The notes: generated by a model not told the origin, from the sequence alone. Positions 39,027-49,462 are shown, numbered from the stretch's first letter. The stretch: DNA of 64,000 bases from Nitrospinaceae bacterium (GCA_965223665.1 OZ245011.1:3808001-3872000); one strand, 5' to 3'. Translations and numbers: made by a program.

Positions 39027-40578
39027 TTAAGCTAAGCCTCTTATTTAAGGCCTTTGTTGCTTCTTCGCGATCATCAAAATGAAACTTTTCCTTTCCAATT
39101 ATTTGATAGTCCTCATGCCCTTTTCCTGCTATCAAAACTAAATCTCCTGAGTTCGCCATTATTATGGCTTCCTCAATCGCCTTTTCCCGAGAAGGTATAA
39201 TGGAATAGTGAGTTCCATATTCCGCATTTTGGGGAAGACCTTCGCTAATATGTTCGATGATTTGTTTTGGGTCTTCAGTTCGAGGATTATCAGATGTAAT
39301 AATTGCATAGTCACTTATCTTTAAAGCGACTTCTCCCATAAGCTTTCGTTTTCCTGGATCCCGATCTCCACCGCATCCAAAAACCACAATAAGATGGTTT
39401 CGCGTTAAGTCTCTGGCGGCTTTCAGTACATTTGCCAGAGCATCATCTGTGTGCGCATAATCTACGGCAACCACAAAGTCTTGCCCGCGATCAATTTTTT
39501 CGAAACGACCAGGCACTTTTATTAAATTGCGGATGCCTTCTGCGATTGTATCTAAAGGAATGTTGTAGTGCAGAGCAACGGCGGAGGCGGAGAGGATATT
39601 ATTTACATTGTGCCAACCAAGCAGGGGGGATAAGATGGCTTGGCTACCAGAGGGCGACTTTAGGATAAACCTAATGCCTTCCTCAGATAGGGCGCAACCC
39701 TCCGCCGTCACGTCTGCTTTTTCTTTTAATCCTGTTGTTAAAGTAGATACATTGGTTTCAAAAACAATTTCTCTTCCAACAGGATCATCGATATTAATGA
39801 CTTGTTTTTTGATATTGCAGTCTTTGAATAAACTTTTTTTTGTATTTTTATAATGCTCAAATGTTTGATGATAATCTAAATGGTCCCGAGTTAGGTTTGT
39901 GAACACACCCACAGAAAAATTCAATTCGCGCACTCGTTTCAAGGCTAACGAGTGAGAAGATACTTCCATGCAACAATGGGGAATATTTTCCGTCACCATT
40001 TTTGCTAAAAAGGAATTTATCTCAAGGGATTCGGGTGTGGTCATTGGGGAGGAGATATTTTTGTTTCCATACCTATATTCAATAGATCCTATTAACCCGC
40101 ATTCTTCTCCATGGGCTTTAAATATGCTTTCCAGCAAATAAGTAATCGTTGTTTTTCCATTTGTTCCTGTAATGCCAGTTAACTTAAGGTGCTGAGAGGG
40201 TTCGTTATAATACTGGGATGATACCCAGGCAAGAGCATGACGAGAATCCTCTACTTGAATAGCAGTTGGCATACTAGAACCAAATTCAAACTCGTCCAAG
40301 ATCGAATTAGACACTTCAGTAATAAAAGCAGCAGCCCCTTTTTGACCCGCTTCTCCAATGAATTGGCTTCCATCATGATTATGCCCAGGAATGGCAACAA
40401 ATAAGCTATCTTCCTCTACTTTTCTCGAATCATAAGCAATAGAAGAAATATTTAAATCCAGACGGCCCTTTGAGTTTAAAATTGGGTAGCCCTCGATCAA
40501 TTGAGACAATTTTATTTGTTTACTCGGTTTGATCATAAAATAGTGAAAACCTTTTTTATTTAGTGAAACACTTTTCAT
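39019..40578 (-). CDS. murE: UDP-MurNAc-dipeptide--meso-DAP ligase (start may be 40536)
   Basis: TGTNGKTT, MEVSSH, DHLDYH, DYAHT, GCGGDRD, DNPR (DAP specificity motif), GKGHE. Confidence 0.98.
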   Translation of the reverse strand: MKSVSLNKKGFHYFMIKPSKQIKLSQLIEGYPILNSKGRLDLNISSIAYDSRKVEEDSLFVAIPGHNHDGSQFIGEAGQKGAAAFITEVSNSILDEFEFGSSMPTAIQVEDSRHALAWVSSQYYNEPSQHLKLTGITGTNGKTTITYLLESIFKAHGEECGLIGSIEYRYGNKNISSPMTTPESLEINSFLAKMVTENIPHCCMEVSSHSLALKRVRELNFSVGVFTNLTRDHLDYHQTFEHYKNTKKSLFKDCNIKKQVINIDDPVGREIVFETNVSTLTTGLKEKADVTAEGCALSEEGIRFILKSPSGSQAILSPLLGWHNVNNILSASAVALHYNIPLDTIAEGIRNLIKVPGRFEKIDRGQDFVVAVDYAHTDDALANVLKAARDLTRNHLIVVFGCGGDRDPGKRKLMGEVALKISDYAIITSDNPRTEDPKQIIEHISEGLPQNAEYGTHYSIIPSREKAIEEAIIMANSGDLVLIAGKGHEDYQIIGKEKFHFDDREEATKALNKRLSLNE

Positions 40579-40587
40579 AAAACTTGC

Positions 40588-42333
40588 TCATGCCCTGTTT
40601 GCAACAATTACACGGTCATTACTGGAGGGTATATTAAGATACCGAAGTGTTTTTCGAGCAATTTCACGAAAGACAGGAGCCGCCACTTCACCCCCCCAAT
40701 GTGATTTTTGTGGTTCGTCGATCATGACTAATATGGCCAACTTAGGTTTATTAGCAGGGACAAAACCAATAAATGAAGCGACATATGCTGTTTTGGAATA
40801 ACCTTTTGTAGCGGGATCTATTTTCTGGGCAGTTCCGGTTTTACCGGCAACCTTAAATCCTTTAATAGATGCTTTTTTTCCGGTTCCTTCAGAAACAACG
40901 GTTTGTAAAACATCAATCATTTGTTGGCTCGTTTCTTCAGATAAGACTCGATAAATTTTTTCAAATGATTTGCTTTTCCAGGGTTTGCCGGATTTTAAAA
41001 TAGTTTTTGTGACATAAGGGCGAACCAAATATCCTCCATTAGCAATGGTTGAAATTGCTGCGATCATTTGCAATGGAGTGGTTGAGATCTCCTGGCCAAA
41101 GGAAACAGAGGCTAACGAAAGTTTAGACCATTTTTTTAATGGCCTTAATGTCCCGGTGGCCTCACCCGGTAAATCAATTCCAAGTTTTTTTCCAAAACCA
41201 AATTTAGTTAGATAGGAGTAAAAGTTTTTCTCCCCTAATTCCTGAGCAATTTTAATTGCGCCGATATTGCTTGACTTTGCGATTATATTTTTTAATGTAA
41301 GCCAACCAAATTTATGGTTCGCCGCTTCTCCAATTACGGTATTGCCCAAACGATATTGGCCGTTTTCACAAAAGAAAATATCGTTTGACTTGGCCAGGCC
41401 TTCCTCCAGGGCTGCTGAAGCTAAAATTGGTTTAAATATAGAACCAGGTTCAAAGGCCCCGGAGACAATATCATTTCTCCAATTGTCCTTGGGATAGGCA
41501 GAATAGTGATTAGGGTTGAACTCAGGCAAGGTCGCCATTGCCAATAGTTCCCCATTGTTAGGATTCATGACAACAGCCAATCCTTTCTTGGCTCCATAAA
41601 GTTTCACTTGGTTTTTTAATTCCTGCTCTGCAATGAACTGAATAACCTCATCGATAGTCAAAACAATATCTTTGTTTTGAGAATAAAGGGGGTCTCCCCA
41701 TCCCCGTTTGGGGAGATAGCGACCTCTAGCGTCCTTTTCCACCAATTGACGAATAATCGTTCCTTTTAATAGAGCGTGTTGATAATGCTCCACTCCAGCG
41801 AGTCCCTGGTTGTCAAGACCGACGAAACCAAGAGTACTGGCTGCTAATTGGCGTTTAGGATAAAAGCGCTTGCTTTCCTTAAAAAAGCCAACCCCTTCCA
41901 GTCCCAACTGCTTCAGTTTTTCCGTACGGTTCAAATCGCACTTTCGTTGAATCCATACAAACTGTTTATTGGATTTGATTTTTTTGGAAATATACTTTGG
42001 CTTCAAATTTAACGTTGAGGATAAAACTTGGATGGTATTTCGCCGATCTAAAATATCTTTTGGATTTACGAAAACCGATTCAACGTCAATATTAATGGCA
42101 AGAGGATTGCCATTTCGATCAAATATGTTTCCTCTTCCCGTTGCGATTTCAACAGTTTTTTTGTACTGTTTTTCCGACTGAGCTAAATATTCCTCGTGTT
42201 TGTAAATTTGTAGATAAATTAACCTACCAATTAAAATGCTTCCGTAACCCAAAAAAAGCAAAGAGACTAAAACCATTCGTACTTTAAGATTGGTTTTAGA
42301 AGATGAAATAGCTTTTTTGCCTTTTTTTCTCAT
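40588..42333 (-). CDS. ftsI: Septal class B penicillin-binding protein (PBP3)
   Basis: RG.I.DRNG, EPGSIFK (SxxK), SSN, KTGT. Confidence 0.96.
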   Translation of the reverse strand: MRKKGKKAISSSKTNLKVRMVLVSLLFLGYGSILIGRLIYLQIYKHEEYLAQSEKQYKKTVEIATGRGNIFDRNGNPLAINIDVESVFVNPKDILDRRNTIQVLSSTLNLKPKYISKKIKSNKQFVWIQRKCDLNRTEKLKQLGLEGVGFFKESKRFYPKRQLAASTLGFVGLDNQGLAGVEHYQHALLKGTIIRQLVEKDARGRYLPKRGWGDPLYSQNKDIVLTIDEVIQFIAEQELKNQVKLYGAKKGLAVVMNPNNGELLAMATLPEFNPNHYSAYPKDNWRNDIVSGAFEPGSIFKPILASAALEEGLAKSNDIFFCENGQYRLGNTVIGEAANHKFGWLTLKNIIAKSSNIGAIKIAQELGEKNFYSYLTKFGFGKKLGIDLPGEATGTLRPLKKWSKLSLASVSFGQEISTTPLQMIAAISTIANGGYLVRPYVTKTILKSGKPWKSKSFEKIYRVLSEETSQQMIDVLQTVVSEGTGKKASIKGFKVAGKTGTAQKIDPATKGYSKTAYVASFIGFVPANKPKLAILVMIDEPQKSHWGGEVAAPVFREIARKTLRYLNIPSSNDRVIVANRA

Positions 42334-42341
42334 AGGTAAGT

Positions 42342-42659
42342 TTACTTAATAAAAATTGTTACGGTTTGACCAGGTAAAGGTTCTTGCATTTTCAACCGCT
42401 TTTTTGCGATGTATTGAACTCTATCTAAAGTCTGCAAACTATCTCTTTCTAACTTAAGTAAGGTGTTTTCATGTAACAATTCTTGATTTAAATGCTTTTG
42501 CTCCTCGAATTCGTAAGCGAGGTTGGTGAATTCCACGTTGGGCCATAAATAAGCCAACGCGCTCATTAAGAAAAGACCTGAGGCAATTACCACCAATCGA
42601 AACTCACGTTTCGTTACATGAAAAAAACTTTGTATAGAAAAAAATAGACGATTACTCAT
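42342..42659 (-). CDS. ftsL: Cell division protein FtsL
   Basis: Single TM plus coiled coil (EN..L.LE...L....RV..IA...L.M..P) between rsmH and ftsI. The ATG overlaps the end of rsmH. Confidence 0.88.
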   Translation of the reverse strand: MSNRLFFSIQSFFHVTKREFRLVVIASGLFLMSALAYLWPNVEFTNLAYEFEEQKHLNQELLHENTLLKLERDSLQTLDRVQYIAKKRLKMQEPLPGQTVTIFIK

Positions 42660-43590
42660 AAATCCTCTCAGCAACACGAAGCTTTGCGGAAGAAGCTCTT
42701 GGATTGCGTCTGATTTCTTCGGGCGAGGGAGCTATAGCTTTACGTGTAATAATTTTTAGACGGGGTTTTTTGCCGCAAACGCATTGTGGAATTTTTGGAG
42801 GACAAATACATCCTTTTTGTTCTGTCTGGAAGAAATGTTTAACTTTGCGGCTTTCTAATGAATGAAATGAAATAACTGCAATTCTTCCACCTTCATTCAA
42901 CAGTTCTACTGAATTTTGTAGACCCTTTTCTATATGGTATAATTCATTATTAACCGCAATGCGCAGAGCCTGGAAGGACTTTGTAGCAGGATTTTTCCTG
43001 GTTGGACGCGGGCGTGAGACCGCGCTGGAGAGGATTTTGGACAAGGCTTGGGTTGTTGCGATGGGGCCTTGACTCTGCGCATTGCGGATAAATCGTACAA
43101 TTTTTTTTGACTGCCTTTCTTCGCCATATTCTTTAAAAATTCTTTCCAATTCTTCATCGGGCAATGTCTCCAACAAATCCGACGCTTTGACCTTTTGATT
43201 TTGGTCCATTCTCATATCAATAGGGCCTTCCTTTGAGAATGAAAAACCGCGTTTAGAAGTTTCTAATTGATAAGACGAAACGCCTAAATCTAAAAGAAAC
43301 CCATCCATTCGATTAATTTGTTGGGCCTCCAGAATTTGTTTAATTTCGCTGAAGTTGCCCTTAATAATAGTAACTCGTTTGCCAAAGGGTGCTAACCGCT
43401 TGCGAGCTCTAGATAATGCCTCGCTATCCCGGTCAATCCCAATGACCCTGCATTGAGGGTCTGCCTCCTGTAAAATTGCTTCGGTTAATCCGCCGTCCCC
43501 TAAGGTTCCATCCACAATCAATTTCTTGTTTTGTGGGTCTAAATAATGGAGAACTTCCTTTGTTAATACTGGAACATGGTAATTCTCCAT
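42652..43590 (-). CDS. rsmH: 16S rRNA m4C1402 methyltransferase
   Basis: HVPVL, DGTLG.GG, DLGVSS.Q, DMRMD, FQALRIAVN, ISFHSLE, SAKLR. Confidence 0.98.
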   Translation of the reverse strand: MENYHVPVLTKEVLHYLDPQNKKLIVDGTLGDGGLTEAILQEADPQCRVIGIDRDSEALSRARKRLAPFGKRVTIIKGNFSEIKQILEAQQINRMDGFLLDLGVSSYQLETSKRGFSFSKEGPIDMRMDQNQKVKASDLLETLPDEELERIFKEYGEERQSKKIVRFIRNAQSQGPIATTQALSKILSSAVSRPRPTRKNPATKSFQALRIAVNNELYHIEKGLQNSVELLNEGGRIAVISFHSLESRKVKHFFQTEQKGCICPPKIPQCVCGKKPRLKIITRKAIAPSPEEIRRNPRASSAKLRVAERIYE

Positions 43591-43623
43591 AATTGAAACC
43601 TTTAAACATAATGCGGTCCATTG

Positions 43624-44052
43624 TTAAGCGGATTCCTCAAAGTTTTCTGCTTCTTCGTGTCTGTTGGCAGCCCAAATTTCAAAGGACTCGAAACTGCCAA
43701 TAACATAAACATCTTTATTTTCATTTAAACCCGCGGCTTCCCTTAAATTCTGAGGTATCAGAATTTTCCCCGATTTCATTTCACATTTAACTGCCTTTTT
43801 AGCAGTATTTCGTTTTTTTTTACGGTCTCCCTCTTCGAATGGATTTAGATTTCTTAGGTAATCTCTTTGAGTTTGCCATTCAGTATTGGGAAACACGGTT
43901 AAATATTCCTTTTTAATATCCTCATCTTTGGATACAATGATTACTAATTGCGGGCCATAATGGTCATCCAATACCACGCGGTGTTTTGCTGGGATGTTGA
44001 GGCGGCCTTTTTCATCGAGAGTGGCCGGATAGGTTCCTAAAAAATCATCCAT
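43624..44052 (-). CDS. mraZ: Transcriptional regulator MraZ
   Basis: FLG.Y...LDEKGR..IP, GKILIP..LR..AGL, G....FEIW. First gene of the dcw cluster. Confidence 0.93.
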   Translation of the reverse strand: MDDFLGTYPATLDEKGRLNIPAKHRVVLDDHYGPQLVIIVSKDEDIKKEYLTVFPNTEWQTQRDYLRNLNPFEEGDRKKKRNTAKKAVKCEMKSGKILIPQNLREAAGLNENKDVYVIGSFESFEIWAANRHEEAENFEESA

Positions 44053-44088
44053 TAATTTGCCCGTAATTTAGGTTCAATAAGTCTTAGT

Positions 44089-44140
44089 CACTTTAGAACA
44101 CTTTAGACCCACTATAGGGCAATTTATTACACTTTGTCAA
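44089..44140 (-). promoter_or_regulatory. dcw promoter with MraZ-type direct repeats
   Basis: Minus strand TTGACA-N18-TATAGT. AAAGTG/ATAGTG boxes begin on the plus strand at 44089, 44099, 44110 and 44130. Confidence 0.8.
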
Positions 44141-44173
44141 TACAAAAAGGGATTGCCTGAATTGCGCGAAGTT

Positions 44174-44186
44174 TAACTAATTGATT
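44174..44186. promoter_or_regulatory. IHF consensus site
   Basis: TAACTAATTGATT matches YAA-N4-TTGATW, about 35 bp upstream of the dcw -35. Confidence 0.4.
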
Positions 44187-44367
44187 TATAGGGATTTTCG
44201 CTTTTCCCCAATTTGAGGCCTTCTCTCAGGTTATTGAAAGGAATTTTGACCTCGAATTTTTGCCTCTTTTCATAACACTTGGATTGTCCGCGAACTTTGG
44301 GGAAAAATGTCGAATTATTTTATAATTTTGCTTTAAAAATCAGCCTGTTGGAGGGTGGTAAATAACT

Positions 44368-44397
44368 TTGACATTAATAATTTCTGAATGATATTAT
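44368..44397 (+). promoter_or_regulatory. Sigma70 promoter of the ccm operon
   Basis: TTGACA-N18-TATTAT with a TGn extension. Confidence 0.6.
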
Positions 44398-44465
44398 TGA
44401 ATCATACTTAGGAAGGCTGAGAAAAAATCGACTAAACCTTTTAAGATAAAGGGATTGCTGAGATT

Positions 44466-44954
44466 ATGCCGCATAAAAAAGTGAAATTTGCTATTGGTAG
44501 TGCCATGATTATTTTGGCCATTGGATACTTGATTTCCACAAGTATTAGCTCTACCTCGAAGTTTTTTGTGACTGTCGATGAATTAGCTGCATCCGCTGAT
44601 GATTATCGAGGGGCTGGTCTTAAAGTAAAGGGTAAAGTGGTAAATGGGTCTATCAATCGTAATCCAGATAACTATTTAGATGTTTCATTTAAAATTGAAG
44701 AGAAAAACTCTTCTTTGCCAGTGACTTTTCGAGGTGTAACTCCTGATATGTTTGAAGATGGTAGAGAAGTAGTGGTTGAAGGTACTTACGGTAGGGATGG
44801 AGTATTCCATGCGAACACATTGCTGACCAGCTGTCCCTCAAAGTATGAGGCGGAAAAGGAAGCGGGAAAAACTCATCCAGGTAACATACCTCTCGATAAT
44901 AAAAAACCGGCACTGCAGTCCCCGAATATCTTGCCGAAAAAAACTTCGATTTAA
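44466..44954 (+). CDS. ccmE: Heme chaperone CcmE, CxxxY type
   Basis: N-terminal TM, G.V..GSI, PDMF..G..VVVEG, CPSKY. Confidence 0.93.
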   Translation: MPHKKVKFAIGSAMIILAIGYLISTSISSTSKFFVTVDELAASADDYRGAGLKVKGKVVNGSINRNPDNYLDVSFKIEEKNSSLPVTFRGVTPDMFEDGREVVVEGTYGRDGVFHANTLLTSCPSKYEAEKEAGKTHPGNIPLDNKKPALQSPNILPKKTSI

Positions 44955-45029
44955 ACCTTCCGATGGAATATTTTGATCAGAATAGCCTTTCTGTGTTCAT
45001 TTTTATCGTTTGATTAGGGAGAGGGTTCA

Positions 45030-47045
45030 ATGAACGATTTGGGAGAATTTGCCTTACTCTTAGCATTAGCAACTTCGGTCTACGGGGTTGTGGGTTATGT
45101 GATGGCCATCCGTGGCAACCGAGTTGATCTTTACCTAAGTGCAGATAAGACCCCCTTTATTGTATGGGGTTGTGTTGTAGTTTCTTCCATATGTTTATGG
45201 CGGGCGTTCTTTATTGATGATTTTAGCCTCCAATATGTTTGGGCATATTCCAATAAAGATTTAGACATTTTTTATAAAGTGGCCTCGTTTTGGGGAGGGC
45301 AAAAAGGGTCTCTATTATTTTGGACTCTTCTCCTAACCACCTATATGATGGTGGTATATATTCAAAACCGTAATCAAAATATCAGAGTGGTTCCGGTGGC
45401 TTTAACGGTGATGTTATCCATTACCGTATTTTTTCTCCTATTATTGAATTTTTCTACCAATCCTTTTGAGCGTATTCCTTTGCCTCCTGAAGATGGCAGA
45501 GGATTAAATCCTCTATTACAAAACTACTGGATGGTAATTCACCCGCCTACTTTATATTTAGGCTATGTGGGATTTACCGTTCCTTTTGCATTTGCTATTG
45601 CAGCCCTCATTACCAAAAACCTTGATGACGGCTGGATCAGAATGACCCGAAAATGGTCCGTGGTGTCATGGTTTTTTCTATGTTTAGGGAATTTATTTGG
45701 AGCCCAATGGGCCTATGTTGAATTGGGTTGGGGTGGTTATTGGGCTTGGGATCCGGTAGAAAATGCTGCTTTTATGCCCCTCTTAATTGCGACCGCTTAT
45801 TTGCATTCCGTTATGATCCAAGAGAAGAAGGACATGATGAAAGTATGGAATATGTCTCTAATTCTTTTAACTTACGTTATGACAATTTTCGGTACGTTTA
45901 TAACAAGAAGTGGCTTGATCCAGTCTGTTCATACTTTTGATGAAGCCACCTTAGGGTATTTCTTTCTTGGATTTTTAGGAATAGTGACCGTATTTTCTGT
46001 GGGTATGATTATTCGTAGGCTTCCCTTATTGAAAAGCAAAAATGAACTGGACTCTTTTCTTTCAAGGGAAAGTAGTTTTTTACTTAACAATTTGGTGCTT
46101 TTGGGAATTGCTTTTGCGACTTTCTGGGGCACAATTTTTCCGATTATTTCTGAAGCATTCCGAGGAGTTAAGATAACAGTTGGCCCACCTTTTTACAACC
46201 AGGTAAATGTTCCAATAGGACTTATTCTGTTAGCCTTGATTGGTATTGGGCCCGTCATTGCCTGGCGTAAAGCGACATGGTCCAATTTGAAGAGAAACTT
46301 TTCTAAGCCTTTGATTGCTGCATTGATAGGTGGGGTGGCTATGTTTCCTTTTGTCCCATTAACTGACAAATCAGAAATTTATACCTACATCACTTTTATT
46401 CTCTGCATTTTTGTGATGGCAACTATTGTTATCGAGTTTTTAAAAGGAACGGTTGCCAGAAGGCAGGCTAATGGAGAAAGCGCGGTCAATGCCTTTTCTT
46501 CATTAGTTTGGAAAAATAAAAGGCGCTACGGAGGGTATTTTGTGCATGTGGGTGTAGTCCTGATTTTTGCAGGAATAGCGGGCTCTCAATCTTATAGTAC
46601 AAGCTTGGAAAAGCATTTGAAAATTGGAGACAATTTTCAATTACGAGGTTATGACTTTACTTATGAAAAACTATTGGTTCGCCCTCAAAACGATACTAAA
46701 ACCCGGGTGATTGCTCAATTAGGAATTGAAAGAGACGGGAAAAGGGTGTTTACCGGTATGCCTGAAAAAGAATTTTATAAGGGACAAAATCAACCCGTAT
46801 CTGAAGTGGATTTATGGTCCTCGCTTAAAGAAGACGTTTATATGATATTGGCAGATTTTAATCCGGATGATAGTACTGCAACTATTAAAGTTTATATTAA
46901 TCCTATGGTTCGCTGGATGTGGATTGGAGCTTGGATTATTGCGTTTGGAACGGTAATTTGTATGTGGCCGGATCGTTTAGAAGCACGTCGTCGAGTCGAA
47001 CGCTTAAAACGGCAGGAGGCCATTTTTATGCCGGCACAAGAGTAA
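45030..47045 (+). CDS. ccmF: Cytochrome c heme lyase CcmF
   Basis: GLNPLLQ, HPP.LY.GY, WAY.ELGWGGYWAWDPVEN, TRSG...SVH.F. Confidence 0.97.
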   Translation: MNDLGEFALLLALATSVYGVVGYVMAIRGNRVDLYLSADKTPFIVWGCVVVSSICLWRAFFIDDFSLQYVWAYSNKDLDIFYKVASFWGGQKGSLLFWTLLLTTYMMVVYIQNRNQNIRVVPVALTVMLSITVFFLLLLNFSTNPFERIPLPPEDGRGLNPLLQNYWMVIHPPTLYLGYVGFTVPFAFAIAALITKNLDDGWIRMTRKWSVVSWFFLCLGNLFGAQWAYVELGWGGYWAWDPVENAAFMPLLIATAYLHSVMIQEKKDMMKVWNMSLILLTYVMTIFGTFITRSGLIQSVHTFDEATLGYFFLGFLGIVTVFSVGMIIRRLPLLKSKNELDSFLSRESSFLLNNLVLLGIAFATFWGTIFPIISEAFRGVKITVGPPFYNQVNVPIGLILLALIGIGPVIAWRKATWSNLKRNFSKPLIAALIGGVAMFPFVPLTDKSEIYTYITFILCIFVMATIVIEFLKGTVARRQANGESAVNAFSSLVWKNKRRYGGYFVHVGVVLIFAGIAGSQSYSTSLEKHLKIGDNFQLRGYDFTYEKLLVRPQNDTKTRVIAQLGIERDGKRVFTGMPEKEFYKGQNQPVSEVDLWSSLKEDVYMILADFNPDDSTATIKVYINPMVRWMWIGAWIIAFGTVICMWPDRLEARRRVERLKRQEAIFMPAQE

Positions 47046-47049
47046 CCTT

Positions 47050-47550
47050 ATGATGAAACAGGTTTTTATTATTCTGACATTGTTGGTTTTGCTTTGTTGT
47101 GGAATGGGTTCCAAGGTATTCGCTGCAACAAAGATGGCTGATCTTGAGAATGCATTGATGTGTAAATGCGATGATAAATGTGGCAAAGTTTTGATTAACT
47201 GTACTTGTGATACTTCCAAGAAAACGCGTAAGGATTTGGCACAAAAGCTGGAATCTGGATTGACCGTTGAGCAGATTATCCAGACCTATGTAGATAAATA
47301 TGGAGAGACGGTATTATCAGCTCCTTCTAAATCAGGGTTTAATTTGACAGCTTGGGTGACTCCCTTTTTGGCCCTTGTGATTGGTGGTGTTGGTGTTCGA
47401 AAAATTGCTCAAAATTGGATTCGCAAGTCTTCCCCTTCTGCATCAATTGATAAAGAGTCTACCGCTGAGAACATTGAAAATGAAAATTCTAAAAAAGAGG
47501 TTAAATATTCCAACCGGTTGAAAAAAGAACTGGATAATTTGGAATTTTAA
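47050..47550 (+). CDS. ccmH: CcmH-like protein, multi-Cys variant
   Basis: LMCKC..KC..L..CTC, I...YV.KYG..VL.AP...GFN..AW..P, followed by a TM. Confidence 0.8.
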   Translation: MMKQVFIILTLLVLLCCGMGSKVFAATKMADLENALMCKCDDKCGKVLINCTCDTSKKTRKDLAQKLESGLTVEQIIQTYVDKYGETVLSAPSKSGFNLTAWVTPFLALVIGGVGVRKIAQNWIRKSSPSASIDKESTAENIENENSKKEVKYSNRLKKELDNLEF

Positions 47551-47554
47551 AAAT

Positions 47555-47890
47555 ATGTCGGGAGTTCATTTTCTTCAGTTCTTAATTGTTGTTGCCATTT
47601 TGATAATGGTAGGTATTCCTTTGTTTTCCAAGTTTCCTCCTCGAAAAATTTTTGCCCCCTTGAATCCTTTGGGTGAAGAATATAAGCATCTATTAGTTCG
47701 TAAAGAAGAAATTCTTCTCTCTATAAAAGAATTGGAATTTGACTTCAAAACCGATAAGGTTTCTAAGGCTGACTTTGACGTGATGAAAGTTAAATTGGAG
47801 AATGAGGCTTTGCAGGTTTTGGAAAAAATTGACGGGTTGGAGAAGCAATTAAAAAAAATCCCGCCTTCAAAAGCAACTGACATCTCCTGA
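47555..47890 (+). CDS. Small membrane-anchored coiled-coil protein, resembling the CcmI N-terminus
   Basis: TM-PL, then 'KE.IL..IKELEFDF...K.S..DF' inside the ccm operon. Confidence 0.65.
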   Translation: MSGVHFLQFLIVVAILIMVGIPLFSKFPPRKIFAPLNPLGEEYKHLLVRKEEILLSIKELEFDFKTDKVSKADFDVMKVKLENEALQVLEKIDGLEKQLKKIPPSKATDIS

Positions 47891-47964
47891 AATTTTCTTG
47901 AAGATTGAGTTTAAAAATATTTTTAGTGATTGGGTTTCTTTTCTTTAAAGAAAGCGCATTCCGT

Positions 47965-48723
47965 ATGCCAGAAGAAATAAAATCGTCAAAGCTGGATTTA
48001 GCGATAGAAGTTTCAGGGCTTACCAAAAGCTTTGGATTTCTAAATGCTATAAAAGGAATTGATTTTAAATTAAATAAGGGAGAGTTCCTGACATTATTCG
48101 GTCCAAATGGCGCAGGCAAAACAACTCTTATTCGAATTTTATCTGCGCTTACGCGACCTACATCGGGCACTGCAATAGTTGCGGGTTACGATGTGAAAGA
48201 GGCTGGCCCGACAATGCGAAGGGAAATTGGGGTGATTTCTCATGCGAGTTACCTATATGGGGATTTAACACCTCTGGAAAATATTTTATTTTTTGCAGAA
48301 ATGTATAATGTAAAAAATGCAAAAGAAAGATCCCTGGAAGTAATTGAGGAAGTGGGTTTAAAAAAAAGAATGCATGATCGGGTAAGAACTTTTTCCCGAG
48401 GCATGCTTCAAAGGTTATCTATTGCCAGAGCCATAGTTCATGATCCCTCCATTTTATTTTTAGATGAACCTTATACAGGACTGGACCAACATGCTTCAAA
48501 TGTCCTAAAAGAGCAACTTCAGACTTTGCATACCAATAAGAGAACTATTTTAATGACAACTCACGATTTTGAGAGAGGGTTAGAAATGTGTGATCGTGTG
48601 GCAATCCAAGTCAATGGAAGGTTCGCGCTGTGGGATTCTGTTGAAAATATTAATATTGGTGACTTTGAAAAGACCTATTTGGAAACCGTGAAAATGAGCC
48701 GGGCTAACAACGCCTCTGTGTGA
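47965..48723 (+). CDS. ccmA: Heme exporter ATP-binding protein CcmA
   Basis: GPNGAGKTT, FSRGM.QR, LDEPYTGLD, TTH. The ATG at 47965 is the likely start. Confidence 0.92.
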   Translation: MPEEIKSSKLDLAIEVSGLTKSFGFLNAIKGIDFKLNKGEFLTLFGPNGAGKTTLIRILSALTRPTSGTAIVAGYDVKEAGPTMRREIGVISHASYLYGDLTPLENILFFAEMYNVKNAKERSLEVIEEVGLKKRMHDRVRTFSRGMLQRLSIARAIVHDPSILFLDEPYTGLDQHASNVLKEQLQTLHTNKRTILMTTHDFERGLEMCDRVAIQVNGRFALWDSVENINIGDFEKTYLETVKMSRANNASV

Positions 48724-48777
48724 AACGAGGACGAATTATGTGCGCCATGATATGGTGAAAGGGACTGGAAGAAAAGA

Positions 48778-49458
48778 ATGGCCGGTTATTTAAATCAAAT
48801 TGCAATTATTGTTCGAAAGGATTTGATCACAGAGTTTAAAACAAGGGAACTGTTTAGTTCTATGTTTGTCTTTGGAGTTTTGGTAATTTTGATTTTTATA
48901 TTTTCCATTGATTTGAGCATTGTCAATGGAAACGATGTTGGACCGGGGATATTATGGGTAGCGATACTTTTTTCTGGAACATTAGGATTGAATCGATCTT
49001 TCACCTTAGAAAAGGAAAATGGTTGTTTGCAAGGTTTGATGCTGGCTCCAATAGACCGATCCGTCATATATTTCGGGAAAATGATCAGTAATTTATTGTT
49101 TTTATTAATAATGGAAGCGTTCATTTTACCAGTGTTTATGATATTTTTTAATGTGGATTTATTATCACATTTTGGTTCTATTTTATTTGTGATTTTTTTG
49201 GGGACTCTTGGGTTTTCTTCACTTGGAACCTTGCTGTCTTCCCTGGCATCTAATTTAAAAACTCGGGAGATAATGCTTCCAATATTGTTATATCCTTTAA
49301 TGATTCCAGTAGCGATCGGGGCTGTCAGGCTTACCGGTCAATTATTAGAAGGCAAATCTTTATCGGAGATGATGAATTGGGTTGGACTCATTGCATGTTT
49401 CGATGTGATTTTTATTGCTGTTTCCATAATGACTATTGACCATATTCTTGAGGAGTGA
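48778..49458 (+). CDS. ccmB: Heme exporter protein CcmB
   Basis: KDL..E, G.LW, RSF..EKENG.L..L, LP.L..PL.IP, six TMs. Confidence 0.94.
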   Translation: MAGYLNQIAIIVRKDLITEFKTRELFSSMFVFGVLVILIFIFSIDLSIVNGNDVGPGILWVAILFSGTLGLNRSFTLEKENGCLQGLMLAPIDRSVIYFGKMISNLLFLLIMEAFILPVFMIFFNVDLLSHFGSILFVIFLGTLGFSSLGTLLSSLASNLKTREIMLPILLYPLMIPVAIGAVRLTGQLLEGKSLSEMMNWVGLIACFDVIFIAVSIMTIDHILEE

Positions 49459-49462
49459 GGGA

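Noticed and set aside
42770..42815. Cys-rich CICPP..PQCVCG segment in RsmH
   Set aside because: This insertion is common in RsmH from many phyla.
44388..44405. ATGAT-N8-ATCAT palindrome over the ccm -10, considered as an FNR or Fur site
   Set aside because: The spacing fits neither consensus, and such short AT-rich palindromes are expected by chance here.
48721..48777. Possible TGA (selenocysteine) readthrough after ccmA
   Set aside because: The ABC domain is already complete, a second stop follows 10 codons later, and no SECIS-like stem is evident.
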